This document shows positions 26,165 through 36,127 of a DNA stretch of 64,000 bases, piece by piece; position 1 is the stretch's first letter; each line of letters begins with the position of its first letter. Made by a program: the position numbers and the translations under genes. Below the pieces are notes generated by a model. The model did not search any database and was not told the origin of the DNA. It saw nothing but the letters and a program-made list of their open reading frames with translations. This stretch comes from an uncultured Thermoplasmata archaeon (lineage in GTDB: Archaea; Thermoplasmatota; Thermoplasmata; RBG-16-68-12), in the NCBI GenBank assembly GCA_963768855.1, contig CAVYJM010000006.1, forward strand, positions 736,001 through 800,000, written 5' to 3'.

Positions 26165-26845
26165 ATGGCCTTCTGGCGGATTAGCGTCGGGCTCCCGTCC
26201 GCGCCCCTCGTGCAGGCCGGCCTCTTGCCCCCCGCCTTCTTCCGGCACAACGAGTCGATCGAGATCCTGCGGGTGTATGCCTTCCAGCCGCGCGAGCAGA
26301 TGCTCCTCGCCCGGATCACGCGGTCGGGACGCCCGTGGTCCGCGGAAGAGATCGGGCGTCGTCAAGAGGCGTTGCGCCGGCGTTATAGGCTCCGCGACTT
26401 CGAGATCGTGGAGGTGGGCCCGGAAGGCCGCACGTACGTGGCCCTCCTGCGGCAGGAGACGCCCGGGATCCTCGAGGGGCTCCTCGAGGAGCTGGGAGCC
26501 GGGGTCACCCCGACACCGCCGACCTGGATCGGGCGGGACCGCGCCGTCCTGACCTTCTTGGCGGACGAGGCCGCCGAGAGGAGGATTCTCGGGCTGCTCC
26601 GCTCCCTGGACGTCGCGTACGAGTTGAAGAGCCGTCGGCGGGCTTCCGGAGACCGAGGGAACGCCGGCGACCTCACCGCGCGCCAGAGGGAGGTGCTCAG
26701 TCTCGCATGGAATCTGGGGTACTTCGATGTCCCCGCGCGGGTGGGGTTGGGGAAGATCGCCTCCCTCACCGGGATGAGCCGGAACACTGTGAGCCAGCAT
26801 CTTCGCCGCGGAGTGCGGCGCATCCTCCGGGAGCGGATGGCCTGA
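26165..26845 (+). CDS. Bat-type (HTH_10) transcription regulator
   Basis: C-terminal LTARQREVLSLAWNLGYFDVPARVGLGKIASLTGMSRNTVSQHLRRG; divergent from the cupin gene. Confidence 0.82.
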   Translation: MAFWRISVGLPSAPLVQAGLLPPAFFRHNESIEILRVYAFQPREQMLLARITRSGRPWSAEEIGRRQEALRRRYRLRDFEIVEVGPEGRTYVALLRQETPGILEGLLEELGAGVTPTPPTWIGRDRAVLTFLADEAAERRILGLLRSLDVAYELKSRRRASGDRGNAGDLTARQREVLSLAWNLGYFDVPARVGLGKIASLTGMSRNTVSQHLRRGVRRILRERMA

Positions 26846-26942
26846 CCGGTTTGGGGTCCCCGAAGCGCGGTATGTATCCCGCGGTAGGTTACCGCACGAA
26901 GGGTTCTTGGCCCCGCGCTGCATCGTATGCCCGGTGCTTCGC

Positions 26943-27320
26943 ATGATCCAGTTCTACACGCTCGAGTTCTTCCAAGAGATCGCACGTCGGCTCAATGCGG
27001 ACTCCGAGTGGGCGAAGGCGATGAAGGGATACGACATGCGGATGGTTTGCAGCGCCAGCGACAAGAAGCGCTGGTTCCTGATTTCCGTGAAGGACGGTGT
27101 GGTCATGACCACGGAGGCCGGCCCGGACACGCGGGCCGACTATCGCTTCGAGGGACGCTACGCCGCGTGGGTCCAGCTCTGCAAAGGGGAGGCCGAGATG
27201 GATCGACTCATCCAGCAGGGCAAGATCCGGCTCGCCGGATCAATGACGGACGCGATGGGGATGATGGGGCCGCTGAATCGGATCGTGATGGCGGCGCGGA
27301 GCTTCCCCAAGGAATTCTGA
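26943..27320 (+). CDS. SCP2 sterol/lipid-carrier domain protein (paralogue 1)
   Basis: ADYRFEGRYAAW...LIQQGKIRLAGSM; C-terminus FPKEF resembles the paralogue at 41356. Confidence 0.8.
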   Translation: MIQFYTLEFFQEIARRLNADSEWAKAMKGYDMRMVCSASDKKRWFLISVKDGVVMTTEAGPDTRADYRFEGRYAAWVQLCKGEAEMDRLIQQGKIRLAGSMTDAMGMMGPLNRIVMAARSFPKEF

Positions 27321-27534
27321 CACACGCCCCCGCGGGGACCGCGACCCCGAGACCGCACTCGCTCGCGAGGCTCGCCGAGTTGACTTCGAAGCCCACCCGT
27401 CGGTGCTCGCGGCCGTGACATGCTGGGTTCGGTCCGGCGCGGGTCCATGAGTTTGGTCTCCCTAAATTCCCACCGCGTTCGGGAAAGAGTTATACACCCT
27501 AGCGGGTTACCGAGCGCCGCGAGAAGGGAGTTGA

Positions 27535-28404
27535 GTGCAGCCGCGCGCGTTCGCATACGTTCGGGCTTCGACCGTGTCCCAGGCGGTCGATCTCCTCAAG
27601 AGAAATGGGGACCGCGCGAAGGTCCTCGCGGGGGGCCAGAGCCTCATCCCACTGATGAAGTTGCGTCTCGCCGACCCGCAACTCCTCATCGACATCAGCC
27701 GCATTCGCTCGCTGTCGGCACTCCGCGAGACGGGGAACGGACTCTTGATCGGCGCGATGACGCGGGACCGCGAGTTCGAGCAGTCCAAGATCGTGCAGAG
27801 CAGCTATCCGATCTTGGCAGATGTCGTGAAGGTCCTCGGGGATCCGGAGGTCCGCAATCTCGGGACGATCGGCGGCTCCTTGGCGCACGCGGATCCCGCC
27901 GGAGACTGGGGCACGGCGCTGCTCGCGCTGGACGCGGAGCTCGTCCTGACGGGTCCGAACGGCGAGCGCACCGTGTCGATCGACGGTTTCTTCAAGGACA
28001 CGTTCGCGACCGAGCTCCACTCGGACGAGCTGTTGACCGAGATCCGAATCCCGAAGCCGGGCCCGGGGACGGGGAGCGCGTACAAGAAGCTTAAACGAAA
28101 GACCGGCGACTTCGCCACCGTCGCGGTCTCCGCGGGCATCGAACTCGACTCGAAGGGGACCATCGCGAAGGTCCGTCTGGGTTTGGGCGCGGTCGGCCCG
28201 ACACCCTTCCGGGCGAAGCGCGCGGAGACGTCCCTCGTCGGCAAGTCCCCGGGCGAGGCCGCGTTCAACGAGGCGGGTCGCCTCGCCGCGCAGGAGTCGA
28301 GCCCCGCCTCAGATCTGCACGGGAGCGAGGCCTACAAGCGCGCCATGGTCCAAGTCTTCACGAGGCGGGCGCTCGAGGCCGCGGTCGAGCGGGCGCGGAG
28401 GTGA
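27535..28404 (+). CDS. Molybdenum hydroxylase FAD subunit (CoxM/CutM-like)
   Basis: [36 protein letters not shown] and [12 protein letters not shown]. Confidence 0.9.
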   Translation: MQPRAFAYVRASTVSQAVDLLKRNGDRAKVLAGGQSLIPLMKLRLADPQLLIDISRIRSLSALRETGNGLLIGAMTRDREFEQSKIVQSSYPILADVVKVLGDPEVRNLGTIGGSLAHADPAGDWGTALLALDAELVLTGPNGERTVSIDGFFKDTFATELHSDELLTEIRIPKPGPGTGSAYKKLKRKTGDFATVAVSAGIELDSKGTIAKVRLGLGAVGPTPFRAKRAETSLVGKSPGEAAFNEAGRLAAQESSPASDLHGSEAYKRAMVQVFTRRALEAAVERARR

Positions 28405-28408
28405 GCGC

Positions 28409-28975
<567 letters not shown>

Positions 28976-29168
28976 GACCATGGCGCCGCGGACCTGGCCT
29001 TAGCGATCTCCGTCTTCTCGGAGGCGAGCTCTCTCCACGAGCATGCGCTTCCGCATCGGGGTGGCCAGATGGACCTGGAAGCCCATGTCTCGGTCGGCCA
29101 CGTTGCGTTCTTTCCCGAGTGTCTCAAGCGCCGACTCCCCGGAGGCAAACGGCCCGAGCGTGTCCGCC
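28976..29168 (-). pseudogene. Probable degenerate IS110-family transposase N-terminal fragment
   Basis: SALETLGKERNVADRDMGFQVHLATPMRKRML, then in a shifted frame ASEKTE. This resembles the IS110 pattern ALEATG...GFEVHLAHP...KTD (comparison from memory). Confidence 0.45.
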
Positions 29169-29999
29169 CTACTCGTCCGTCCGGACGAGCGTCCGTCCCT
29201 GCCGCACGGAAACGATCTCCGCGAGGATTGCGAGGGCGATCTCCGCGGGAGTGCGCCCACCAAGGTCGAGACCGATCGGCGTGTGGACGGAGCCGAGGAA
29301 CGACTCCGGGATGCCTTCGGTCCGGAGGGCCTCGAAATTCTGCTTCGTGCGGGTCCGGCTCGAGAGCATGCCCACGTAGCCGGCGTGGACCTTCGAGAGG
29401 GCACGTAGCACGATCAGGTCGCGGTCTCCCTTGGTCAGGACCACGACCGCGTCGCGCGGGCCGAACGGGTACTTCGACAGGTCGAAATCAAGATCCCGGA
29501 TCGTCTCGTCCGGCTGCTCCGAGAGCATCGGCAGGTGATCGACCACGACGACCTCGTAGCCGAGGCGCTTCCCCAGGTGGACCAGGTGATCCTCGAGTTC
29601 GTCCCGCCCGCCTTGGCCGATGATGACGAGGCGATTCGGTGGAAGGTAGGGCTCCACGTAGATCTCCATGACGCCGCCGCAGTTCGTCTCGACGAAGATC
29701 TCGTCCGGGGTGTCTGCCGCGACGGTCCCCGCGACCGCCTTCGACACGTCGACAAGATGGACGCGGACGACTCGGGGCACCCCCGTCTCCATGGTCTCCA
29801 GACCGACCTGGACGATCGGACCGTCCGGGCAGCCCCCGCCCAGGGTCCCGTGGACGATATCTCCCTCTTTCGAGATGACGATCTTGAATCCCGGCTTACC
29901 GAGGGTCGATCCCTCCGTCTTCACGACCGCCGCGACGGCAAAGGGTTCCCGTCGGGCGGCGAGAGTCGAGATGGTGCGAACGTACGATGCCGGATCCAC
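29169..29999 (-). CDS. xdhC: XdhC/CoxI-family Mo-hydroxylase maturation factor
   Basis: GSTLGKPG, GTLGGGC, ETNCGGVMEIYVEP, GMLSSR, VHTPIGLDLGGRTPAEIALAILAEI. Confidence 0.85.
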   Translation of the reverse strand: MDPASYVRTISTLAARREPFAVAAVVKTEGSTLGKPGFKIVISKEGDIVHGTLGGGCPDGPIVQVGLETMETGVPRVVRVHLVDVSKAVAGTVAADTPDEIFVETNCGGVMEIYVEPYLPPNRLVIIGQGGRDELEDHLVHLGKRLGYEVVVVDHLPMLSEQPDETIRDLDFDLSKYPFGPRDAVVVLTKGDRDLIVLRALSKVHAGYVGMLSSRTRTKQNFEALRTEGIPESFLGSVHTPIGLDLGGRTPAEIALAILAEIVSVRQGRTLVRTDE

Positions 30000-30467
30000 C
30001 CTTTCCCTCGGAAAGCCACCACCCCGGCATCGCTTATAGATTTTGATGGGTCTGGAACGGATGGCGTCCGCGCGTTCGCCCTTGGAGGCAGGATCCAGGT
30101 TCCCGAGCCATCGCGGACGTCGAGCCCGTGGGTTCTGCGGATTGGCTCACCTCGCGCGAGGGGCGGCCGGTCCGTTTCTAGAACCCGTCTCGGTTCCCCG
30201 ATCTGCCGGTCTTGAGAGCCGGCCTCTGGGCCGCTCGACGCGGGAACGGAGCACGAGTCCCCTGGGAGTGTTGATGTCCACGGGGGTCCGATTTCGGACA
30301 TCGGGCAGGTCGTTCGGCCCTCGCGACCGCGACGGTTGGTGGATCGTCAGGTCGATTACGGGTCCGGATGTCCCGCGCGAGGGGATCGAAGCCGCTTCCC
30401 GTGCGGGGGATGAACCGGACGAATAGGCTCTATATTTGCAGACCGCGATTTCGAGCCCATTTTCTCC

Positions 30468-30497
30468 TTACATGACGTAACAAAAGCCTTTATAAAA
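30468..30497 (+). promoter_or_regulatory. BRE/TATA promoter of the ABC ATPase operon with an adjacent imperfect palindrome
   Basis: TTACATGACGTAA (30468..30480) directly followed by CAAAAGCCTTTATAAAA. Confidence 0.65.
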
Positions 30498-30598
30498 TGC
30501 CCTCCATCCCCGCATATGGCGCTCTCGGTGACGGGCCCGGCTCGCCTTACGGGGAGGCGCCCGCGGGATGATTTGTCGGAGGTACACGGAGGCGCTGG

Positions 30599-31567
30599 GT
30601 GCCACTTTTAGAGGTCAAGGATCTCAAAGTGTACTTCAGCACGCCCGAGGGCGACGTGCGGGCCGTTGACGGCGTTACCTTCTCCCTCGACGAGGGAGAG
30701 TCCCTCGGCCTCGCGGGCGAGAGCGGTTGCGGGAAGACGACCGCGGCCCTTTCCATCATGCGTCTCCTCCCCAAGAACGGCCGGATCGTCGGCGGCTCCA
30801 TCAACTACCAGGGGTACGACTTGGCCACGCTGACCCAGCCCCAGCTGCGTAGCGTCCGGTGGCACCACATCTCCATCATCTTCCAGGGCGCGATGAACGC
30901 CCTGAACCCGGTGCAGCGGATTGGGCGGCAGATTGCCGAACCCATCAAGCTCCACGAGCATGTCGATGATGACGAGGCGAACAAGCGCGTGGGCGAGCTC
31001 CTCGAGCTCGTCGGGATTCATAAGGACCGGGCGACCGAGTACCCCCACGAATTCTCCGGCGGGATGCGGCAGCGCGTGATGATCGCGATGGCGCTCGCCT
31101 GCAACCCGAAGCTCGTCATCGCGGACGAGCCGGTCACCGCGCTGGACGTCATGATCCAGGCGCAGATCCTCGAACTGCTCGAGCGCCTGAAGCGGGAGCT
31201 TGGTCTCTCCATGATTCTGATATCGCACGATCTGTCCGTGATGGCGGAGACGTGCGACAAGATGGCGATCATGTATGCCGGGAAGATGGTGGAGACCGGC
31301 AGCGTCCGGGACGTGTTCAAGAACTCGAAGCATCCCTACACGAAGGACCTCATCGCCGCCTTCCCCGACATCAAGGGCGCCCGCGTCCTGCCCGCGTACA
31401 TCCCTGGGGACATCCCGAGCCTGATCCACCCGCCGACAGGATGTCACTTCCACCCGCGGTGCAAGTTCGCGTGGAACCTGTGCAAGGAGCAGGAGCCCGG
31501 ACTCCTTCCGGTCTCGGATGGGCACTGTGCGGCCTGCCACCTGAACACGAAGGAGTCCTCCCCATGA
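30599..31567 (+). CDS. Peptide/nickel-type ABC transporter ATP-binding protein (OppD/DppD)
   Basis: GESGCGKT, IFQGAMNALNP, EFSGGMRQR, IADEPVTALD and C-terminal GCHFHPRC...C...CHL. Confidence 0.92.
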   Translation: MPLLEVKDLKVYFSTPEGDVRAVDGVTFSLDEGESLGLAGESGCGKTTAALSIMRLLPKNGRIVGGSINYQGYDLATLTQPQLRSVRWHHISIIFQGAMNALNPVQRIGRQIAEPIKLHEHVDDDEANKRVGELLELVGIHKDRATEYPHEFSGGMRQRVMIAMALACNPKLVIADEPVTALDVMIQAQILELLERLKRELGLSMILISHDLSVMAETCDKMAIMYAGKMVETGSVRDVFKNSKHPYTKDLIAAFPDIKGARVLPAYIPGDIPSLIHPPTGCHFHPRCKFAWNLCKEQEPGLLPVSDGHCAACHLNTKESSP

Positions 31568-33324
31568 CCGATCGCGAACCGTACCTGGCCCTGCGGGATT
31601 TCAAGGTCTGGTTCTCCAAGCGTCGCGGGTTCGTTGAAGCCCTCCGCCGATCGGATCCGGGCTACGTCCGCGCGGTGGACGGACTCAACCTCACGATCGG
31701 CAAGGGGGAGATCTACTGCCTCGTCGGAGAGAGCGGGTGCGGCAAGACCACGACGGGAAAGGGCATCCTGAGGCTGGTCGAACCCACCCACGGCGACGTC
31801 TTCCTGAATCCGACCGCGGAGGAACTGGCCCAGTACGAGGCGGCGAAGGCGGGGGGGAAGGCGGCCGAACTCGAGGAGTTCCGGAAGCACAAGTCCCTCA
31901 CATACAGCGAGAAGGTCCACCGGAGTATCAAGGACTGGGCCTTGGGATTCCTGCTCGGAACCGCCAGCCTGATCGTGGCCACCCTCGTTGGATTCGCGCT
32001 CGTCCTGGGTTTCCGGGCAATCGACGCGGGGTCCGTGGAATCCCTCGCCTACCTGATCCTCGGAATTCCGCTGGCCCTCGTGGGGACGCTCCCTTGGGTC
32101 AAGATCAGCCGCCGCGTTCCCCAGCTGCTGACCGTTGCTTCGATTGCCGCGAGCACGGCGACTCAGGTGCTCGGGGTCTACGCGTCCCAGGCGGCCGCCG
32201 GGCTGCCCGCCGATTTCGGTGCCGTCTTCGGCGTCTACAACAACTACATGCAAGAGAACACGGTCTTCCTCGCCCTGGTTCAGTTGGGCCTCGCCGCGCT
32301 CGCCACTTGGGTTGCCTCCGGCGTGTTCTCGCGCCTCTGGGCCCGCCGGCGCGGCGTCGAGACGGACCGTCTCCGGAAGCTCCGCACACGGTTGCAGATC
32401 ATCTTCCAAGACCCCTACGAGTCGCTCAATCCGAGACACACGGTCTACAGCATCGTCGCGGAGCCCCTGCTCGTGAACCGGATTACCCGGAGCCGGTCCG
32501 AAACCGAGGCACGCGTCGAGCAGGCCCTGCAGGACTCGGGCCTGCGGCCGCCGAAGGAGTATCTCCTCCGCTACCCCCACGAGCTGTCGGGAGGGCAGAG
32601 GCAGCGCGTGGGCATCGCGGGTGCCCTCGTCCTCGAGCCGGAGTTCCTCGTCGCGGACGAGCCGGTCTCCATGCTGGACGTTTCCATCCGCACCGAGATC
32701 ATCGAACTCCTCCTCGAACTCCGCCAGAAGCGCAGCCTCACGTACCTGTTCATCACTCATGACCTCTCCCTCGCGTACGTCCTCGCGGACCGCATCGGAG
32801 TCATGTACTTGGGCCAGATCGTCGAGGAAGGACCCACGGAGCAGCTCATCTCGAACCCGCGTCATCCGTACACGAAGGCCCTCATCTCCGTGGTCCCCAT
32901 GCCGGACCCAGACCGGAAGCGGGAGCGGATCATCCTCAAGGGAGAGCGGCCGGATCCCTCGGACATCCCCTCGGGATGCCGGTTCCACCCGCGGTGTCCC
33001 GTCGCCTTCGAGCGATGCGGCTGGACCTCGGACGAGGTGCTCGAGTCCCTCCGTCACCGCGCGGCCGGGGCGGAGTCGGCCTACCTTCAGGATGCCGTGG
33101 TGCAGGGGCCGGACGCGATCGTCTGGCCTCACGTGGCGGACGGATTCGAGCCGTGGCTCCGCGGGCTCATCGCGTCGCGGTCGGAGGAGGATCGCGCCCT
33201 GACGGCGATCCAATCCATCGAGAAGACGGGCGCGGGCGCGAAGGTGATCCTCCACGCGTTCGAGGAGCCCGCACTGAAGACGGCCGCTCCCAACGTCATG
33301 GTCGCATGTCATCTCTACGGCTGA
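31564..33324 (+). CDS. Peptide/nickel-type ABC ATP-binding protein (OppF/DppF) with an internal ~4-helix hydrophobic insertion and a second insertion in the Cys-motif domain
   Basis: GESGCGKT, QIIFQDPYESLNP, ELSGGQRQR, ADEPVSMLD and GCRFHPRC...C...CHLY. 586 aa against 322 aa for the partner. Confidence 0.88.
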   Translation: MTDREPYLALRDFKVWFSKRRGFVEALRRSDPGYVRAVDGLNLTIGKGEIYCLVGESGCGKTTTGKGILRLVEPTHGDVFLNPTAEELAQYEAAKAGGKAAELEEFRKHKSLTYSEKVHRSIKDWALGFLLGTASLIVATLVGFALVLGFRAIDAGSVESLAYLILGIPLALVGTLPWVKISRRVPQLLTVASIAASTATQVLGVYASQAAAGLPADFGAVFGVYNNYMQENTVFLALVQLGLAALATWVASGVFSRLWARRRGVETDRLRKLRTRLQIIFQDPYESLNPRHTVYSIVAEPLLVNRITRSRSETEARVEQALQDSGLRPPKEYLLRYPHELSGGQRQRVGIAGALVLEPEFLVADEPVSMLDVSIRTEIIELLLELRQKRSLTYLFITHDLSLAYVLADRIGVMYLGQIVEEGPTEQLISNPRHPYTKALISVVPMPDPDRKRERIILKGERPDPSDIPSGCRFHPRCPVAFERCGWTSDEVLESLRHRAAGAESAYLQDAVVQGPDAIVWPHVADGFEPWLRGLIASRSEEDRALTAIQSIEKTGAGAKVILHAFEEPALKTAAPNVMVACHLYG

Positions 33325-33414
33325 CGCCGCAAACGGATCTCGCGAAATCGGGGGGCCGAAGGACCTATCTTCCCGTGGGTCTTAGCCTGAGATGACGGGC
33401 GCAGGGGGCGGTCG

Positions 33415-34863
33415 ATGGCACACGCAAGGCTCACGGTCCTATCGCGCGACGAAATCGAGGCTATCCACGGCGCCACCCTGACGCTTCTCGAACGGGTGGG
33501 CGTCAACGTCCGGGAACCGAGCGCCCTCCGGCTTCTCGTGGATGCGGGTGCGGTCCACGAGGAGGGGACCGAGCGAGTCCGGATACCCGAGCCGTTGCTT
33601 ATGGAGGCCGTCCGTGGCGTCCCGAAGCAATGGACGTGGCATGCCCGGGAGGCCTCGAAGAGCTTCCGGCTCGGCGACGGGGGCCGCACTCGCCTGGGCC
33701 CCGGTTCCGCATGCACGAACATTGTCGACTACGCGACCGGGCAGGCCCGTGCGCCCACCGAGAAGGACGGCGACGACCTCGTGCGGTTGATGGATGCCCT
33801 CGAGTTCGCCGACATCAACTATACGCCGGTTTCCCTCGGCGCCTCCTCGGATTCCTCCGGGTACCGCGAGGTCGCCACGCTCGTGCGGGACCTCCGCAAC
33901 ACGTCGAAGGTCTTCGTGGGTCCCTCGTACGACGGGACCATGGCGAGGGAGGGTCTCGAGATCGCGAAGCTTCTGGCCGGCGGTGAGGAGGCCCTCCGCA
34001 AGCGGCCGATGATGGCGGGATACTGCGACCCCGTCAGCCCGCTGACCCACGACCGCATGATGACGGAGACCCTCCTCGAGTATGCGCGGTGGGGACAGCC
34101 CGTGTTCTTGATGTGCCTCGATCTCGCGGGCGCATCCGCCCCGGCCAGCCTCGCGGGAACCCTGGTGCAGCAGAACGCGGAGATCCTGAGCGGAGTGCTG
34201 ATCGCATTCCTGGTCAATCCGCAGACCCCGGTCGTCTACGGGAGCGTCAGCGGGACGATGGACATGAAGGCGGGAAACGCGGCGGTGGGCGGTCCGGAGT
34301 TCGGGCTCATGAGCGCCGCCTCGGTCCAGGTCGCCCACTTCTATGGCTTGCCTTGTTCCACGGGAGGGCAGTCCGACGCGAAGATCCATGATGCCCAGGC
34401 GGCGTTCGAGAAGGGCGCCTCGCTGCTCGCCTCCATGCTCGCGGGCGCCGACATGGTCGACCTCTACTTCGGCTCCTATGAAGGGTTCAACGCGACGAGT
34501 CCAGAACAGATCCTCATCGATCACGAGATCGCGGGCTACGCCCACCGCTACGCCCGCGGGATCGAGGTCGACGAGAGCAGCCTTTCCCTCGATCTGATTG
34601 GAACCGTGGGGCCGGGGGGTAGCTTCCTGAAGGATCCCCGATCGCTCCGGGATACGATGTCTCGGATGAGGACGGAGTGGTATCTCCCCCGGCTGTTCGA
34701 CCGGAAGGTCCCGGACCCGACCGCGCCGCGCAAGACGGTCCTCGAGATCGCCCATGAGGCCGCTGCGGCGATCCTCCGCGAGCACGTTCCGACGCCGCTC
34801 GACCCGGAACTCCTGAAGGAGGCGAACGCGATCCTCCAGCGGATCCGGAAACAAGCGGCGTGA
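33415..34863 (+). CDS. mttB: Trimethylamine methyltransferase (MttB) superfamily protein, non-pyrrolysine (copy 1)
   Basis: LSRDEIEAIHGATLTLLERVGV, PVSPL, AGASAPASLAGTLVQQNAE, GGPE and YGLPCSTGGQSDAK; no in-frame TAG. Confidence 0.9.
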   Translation: MAHARLTVLSRDEIEAIHGATLTLLERVGVNVREPSALRLLVDAGAVHEEGTERVRIPEPLLMEAVRGVPKQWTWHAREASKSFRLGDGGRTRLGPGSACTNIVDYATGQARAPTEKDGDDLVRLMDALEFADINYTPVSLGASSDSSGYREVATLVRDLRNTSKVFVGPSYDGTMAREGLEIAKLLAGGEEALRKRPMMAGYCDPVSPLTHDRMMTETLLEYARWGQPVFLMCLDLAGASAPASLAGTLVQQNAEILSGVLIAFLVNPQTPVVYGSVSGTMDMKAGNAAVGGPEFGLMSAASVQVAHFYGLPCSTGGQSDAKIHDAQAAFEKGASLLASMLAGADMVDLYFGSYEGFNATSPEQILIDHEIAGYAHRYARGIEVDESSLSLDLIGTVGPGGSFLKDPRSLRDTMSRMRTEWYLPRLFDRKVPDPTAPRKTVLEIAHEAAAAILREHVPTPLDPELLKEANAILQRIRKQAA

Positions 34864-34951
34864 ATGGCACTCCGTGCTTAGGCTGACCGAAATCTTAAGC
34901 CAAGACACCGCATCCTCTCAGGAAAGGCCGGGAGGCGATTCGGTGGTATCG

Positions 34952-36127
34952 ATGCAACACGGGGCCTCGACGACGCGGAGAAGGAAAGCCGGAGACCGAT
35001 TAGCGGCGCTGCGCGCGGTCGATCGACCCCTCCATCGTGCTGCCACCTTGCCCGGGTCGTTCTTCAGCGATCCCGATGTGTTCGCACGGGAAAACCGGGC
35101 GCTCTTCCAGCGCTCGTGGATGTGCGTGGGGCGGGAGGACGAGATTCCCCATCTGGGCGACTTCCGCACCTACGAGGTCGGAGGATCCGGCGTCTTCGTA
35201 CTGCGAGACACGGATGGCCGCCTCCGCGCATTCCACAACGTGTGTCGCCACCGCGGCACGCGACTCCTCGAGGACGCCTCGGGGAGCGGGCTGAGCGTCA
35301 TCCGGTGTCCCTACCACGCCTGGACCTACGACCTGAAGGGCCTCCTCGTCGGCGCCCCCCACATGGAGGGGGCCGAGGAATTCCCCCACGAAGACTATGG
35401 CCTGTACCCTGTCCGCGTCGAGACATGGCGCGGCTTCCTGTTCCTCAGCCTCAGCGGGAACGCGGAACCCCTGAAGGACTACCTCGGCGAGTTCGTGGAC
35501 CGGGCCGCTCCATATCCCTTGGAGCGTCTCCGGCGGGCTCACCGGTACGTGTACGAGATCGCCGCCAACTGGAAGCTCGTCGTCCAGAACGCGAACGAAT
35601 GCTATCATTGCCCGGGAATCCACCCGCAGCTCGTGCGGCTCACGCCCTATCGATCCGGGGAGGAGGACCTGAGGAAGGGACCCGTGTTCGGAGGATGGAT
35701 GGATTTCGTGGACGGGGCGCGTACCCTCACGCCGGACGGGCGCACGCCCCGCCGGACGTTCCCCGGTCTCTCGAAAGAAGACCTCGGACGGGTGTACTAC
35801 TATGTCCTGTACCCGAGCAACTTCCTCAGCCTCCTGCCCGACTACGTCACCCTGGACTGGTTCATCCCGCTCTCCGCCGACCGCACGCGTCTCGTCTTCG
35901 ATCTCTACGTCGACCGGGACGAGGGTGACGCGGCGACGGACGCGATGGACTTCTGGGACACGACGAACCGCCAAGACTGGCACATCTGCGAGATGGCGCA
36001 CCTCGGCTCCCGGACGATCGCCTATACGCAGGGCCGCTATAGCAGCGAGGAGGAGGTCGTTCACCTCATCGACCGGTACTATCTCAAGCGGATGGGGCTG
36101 CTCCCGCGGGCCGGCCGAAGGTCCTAG
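34952..36127 (+). CDS. Rieske non-heme iron oxygenase alpha subunit (choline/glycine-betaine/stachydrine monooxygenase-like)
   Basis: Rieske CRHRG...CPYHAW, ANWK, mononuclear Fe NECYHC..IH and DWHICE. Confidence 0.9.
   Translation: MQHGASTTRRRKAGDRLAALRAVDRPLHRAATLPGSFFSDPDVFARENRALFQRSWMCVGREDEIPHLGDFRTYEVGGSGVFVLRDTDGRLRAFHNVCRHRGTRLLEDASGSGLSVIRCPYHAWTYDLKGLLVGAPHMEGAEEFPHEDYGLYPVRVETWRGFLFLSLSGNAEPLKDYLGEFVDRAAPYPLERLRRAHRYVYEIAANWKLVVQNANECYHCPGIHPQLVRLTPYRSGEEDLRKGPVFGGWMDFVDGARTLTPDGRTPRRTFPGLSKEDLGRVYYYVLYPSNFLSLLPDYVTLDWFIPLSADRTRLVFDLYVDRDEGDAATDAMDFWDTTNRQDWHICEMAHLGSRTIAYTQGRYSSEEEVVHLIDRYYLKRMGLLPRAGRRS

Noticed and set aside
30000-30460. ncRNA (RNase P, SRP) or real gene in the ~450-bp gap upstream of oppD
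   Set aside because: No GAGGAAAGTCC or SRP helix-8 signature. ORF 30043..30426 has low-complexity shadow-like composition and no SD. The region remains unexplained.
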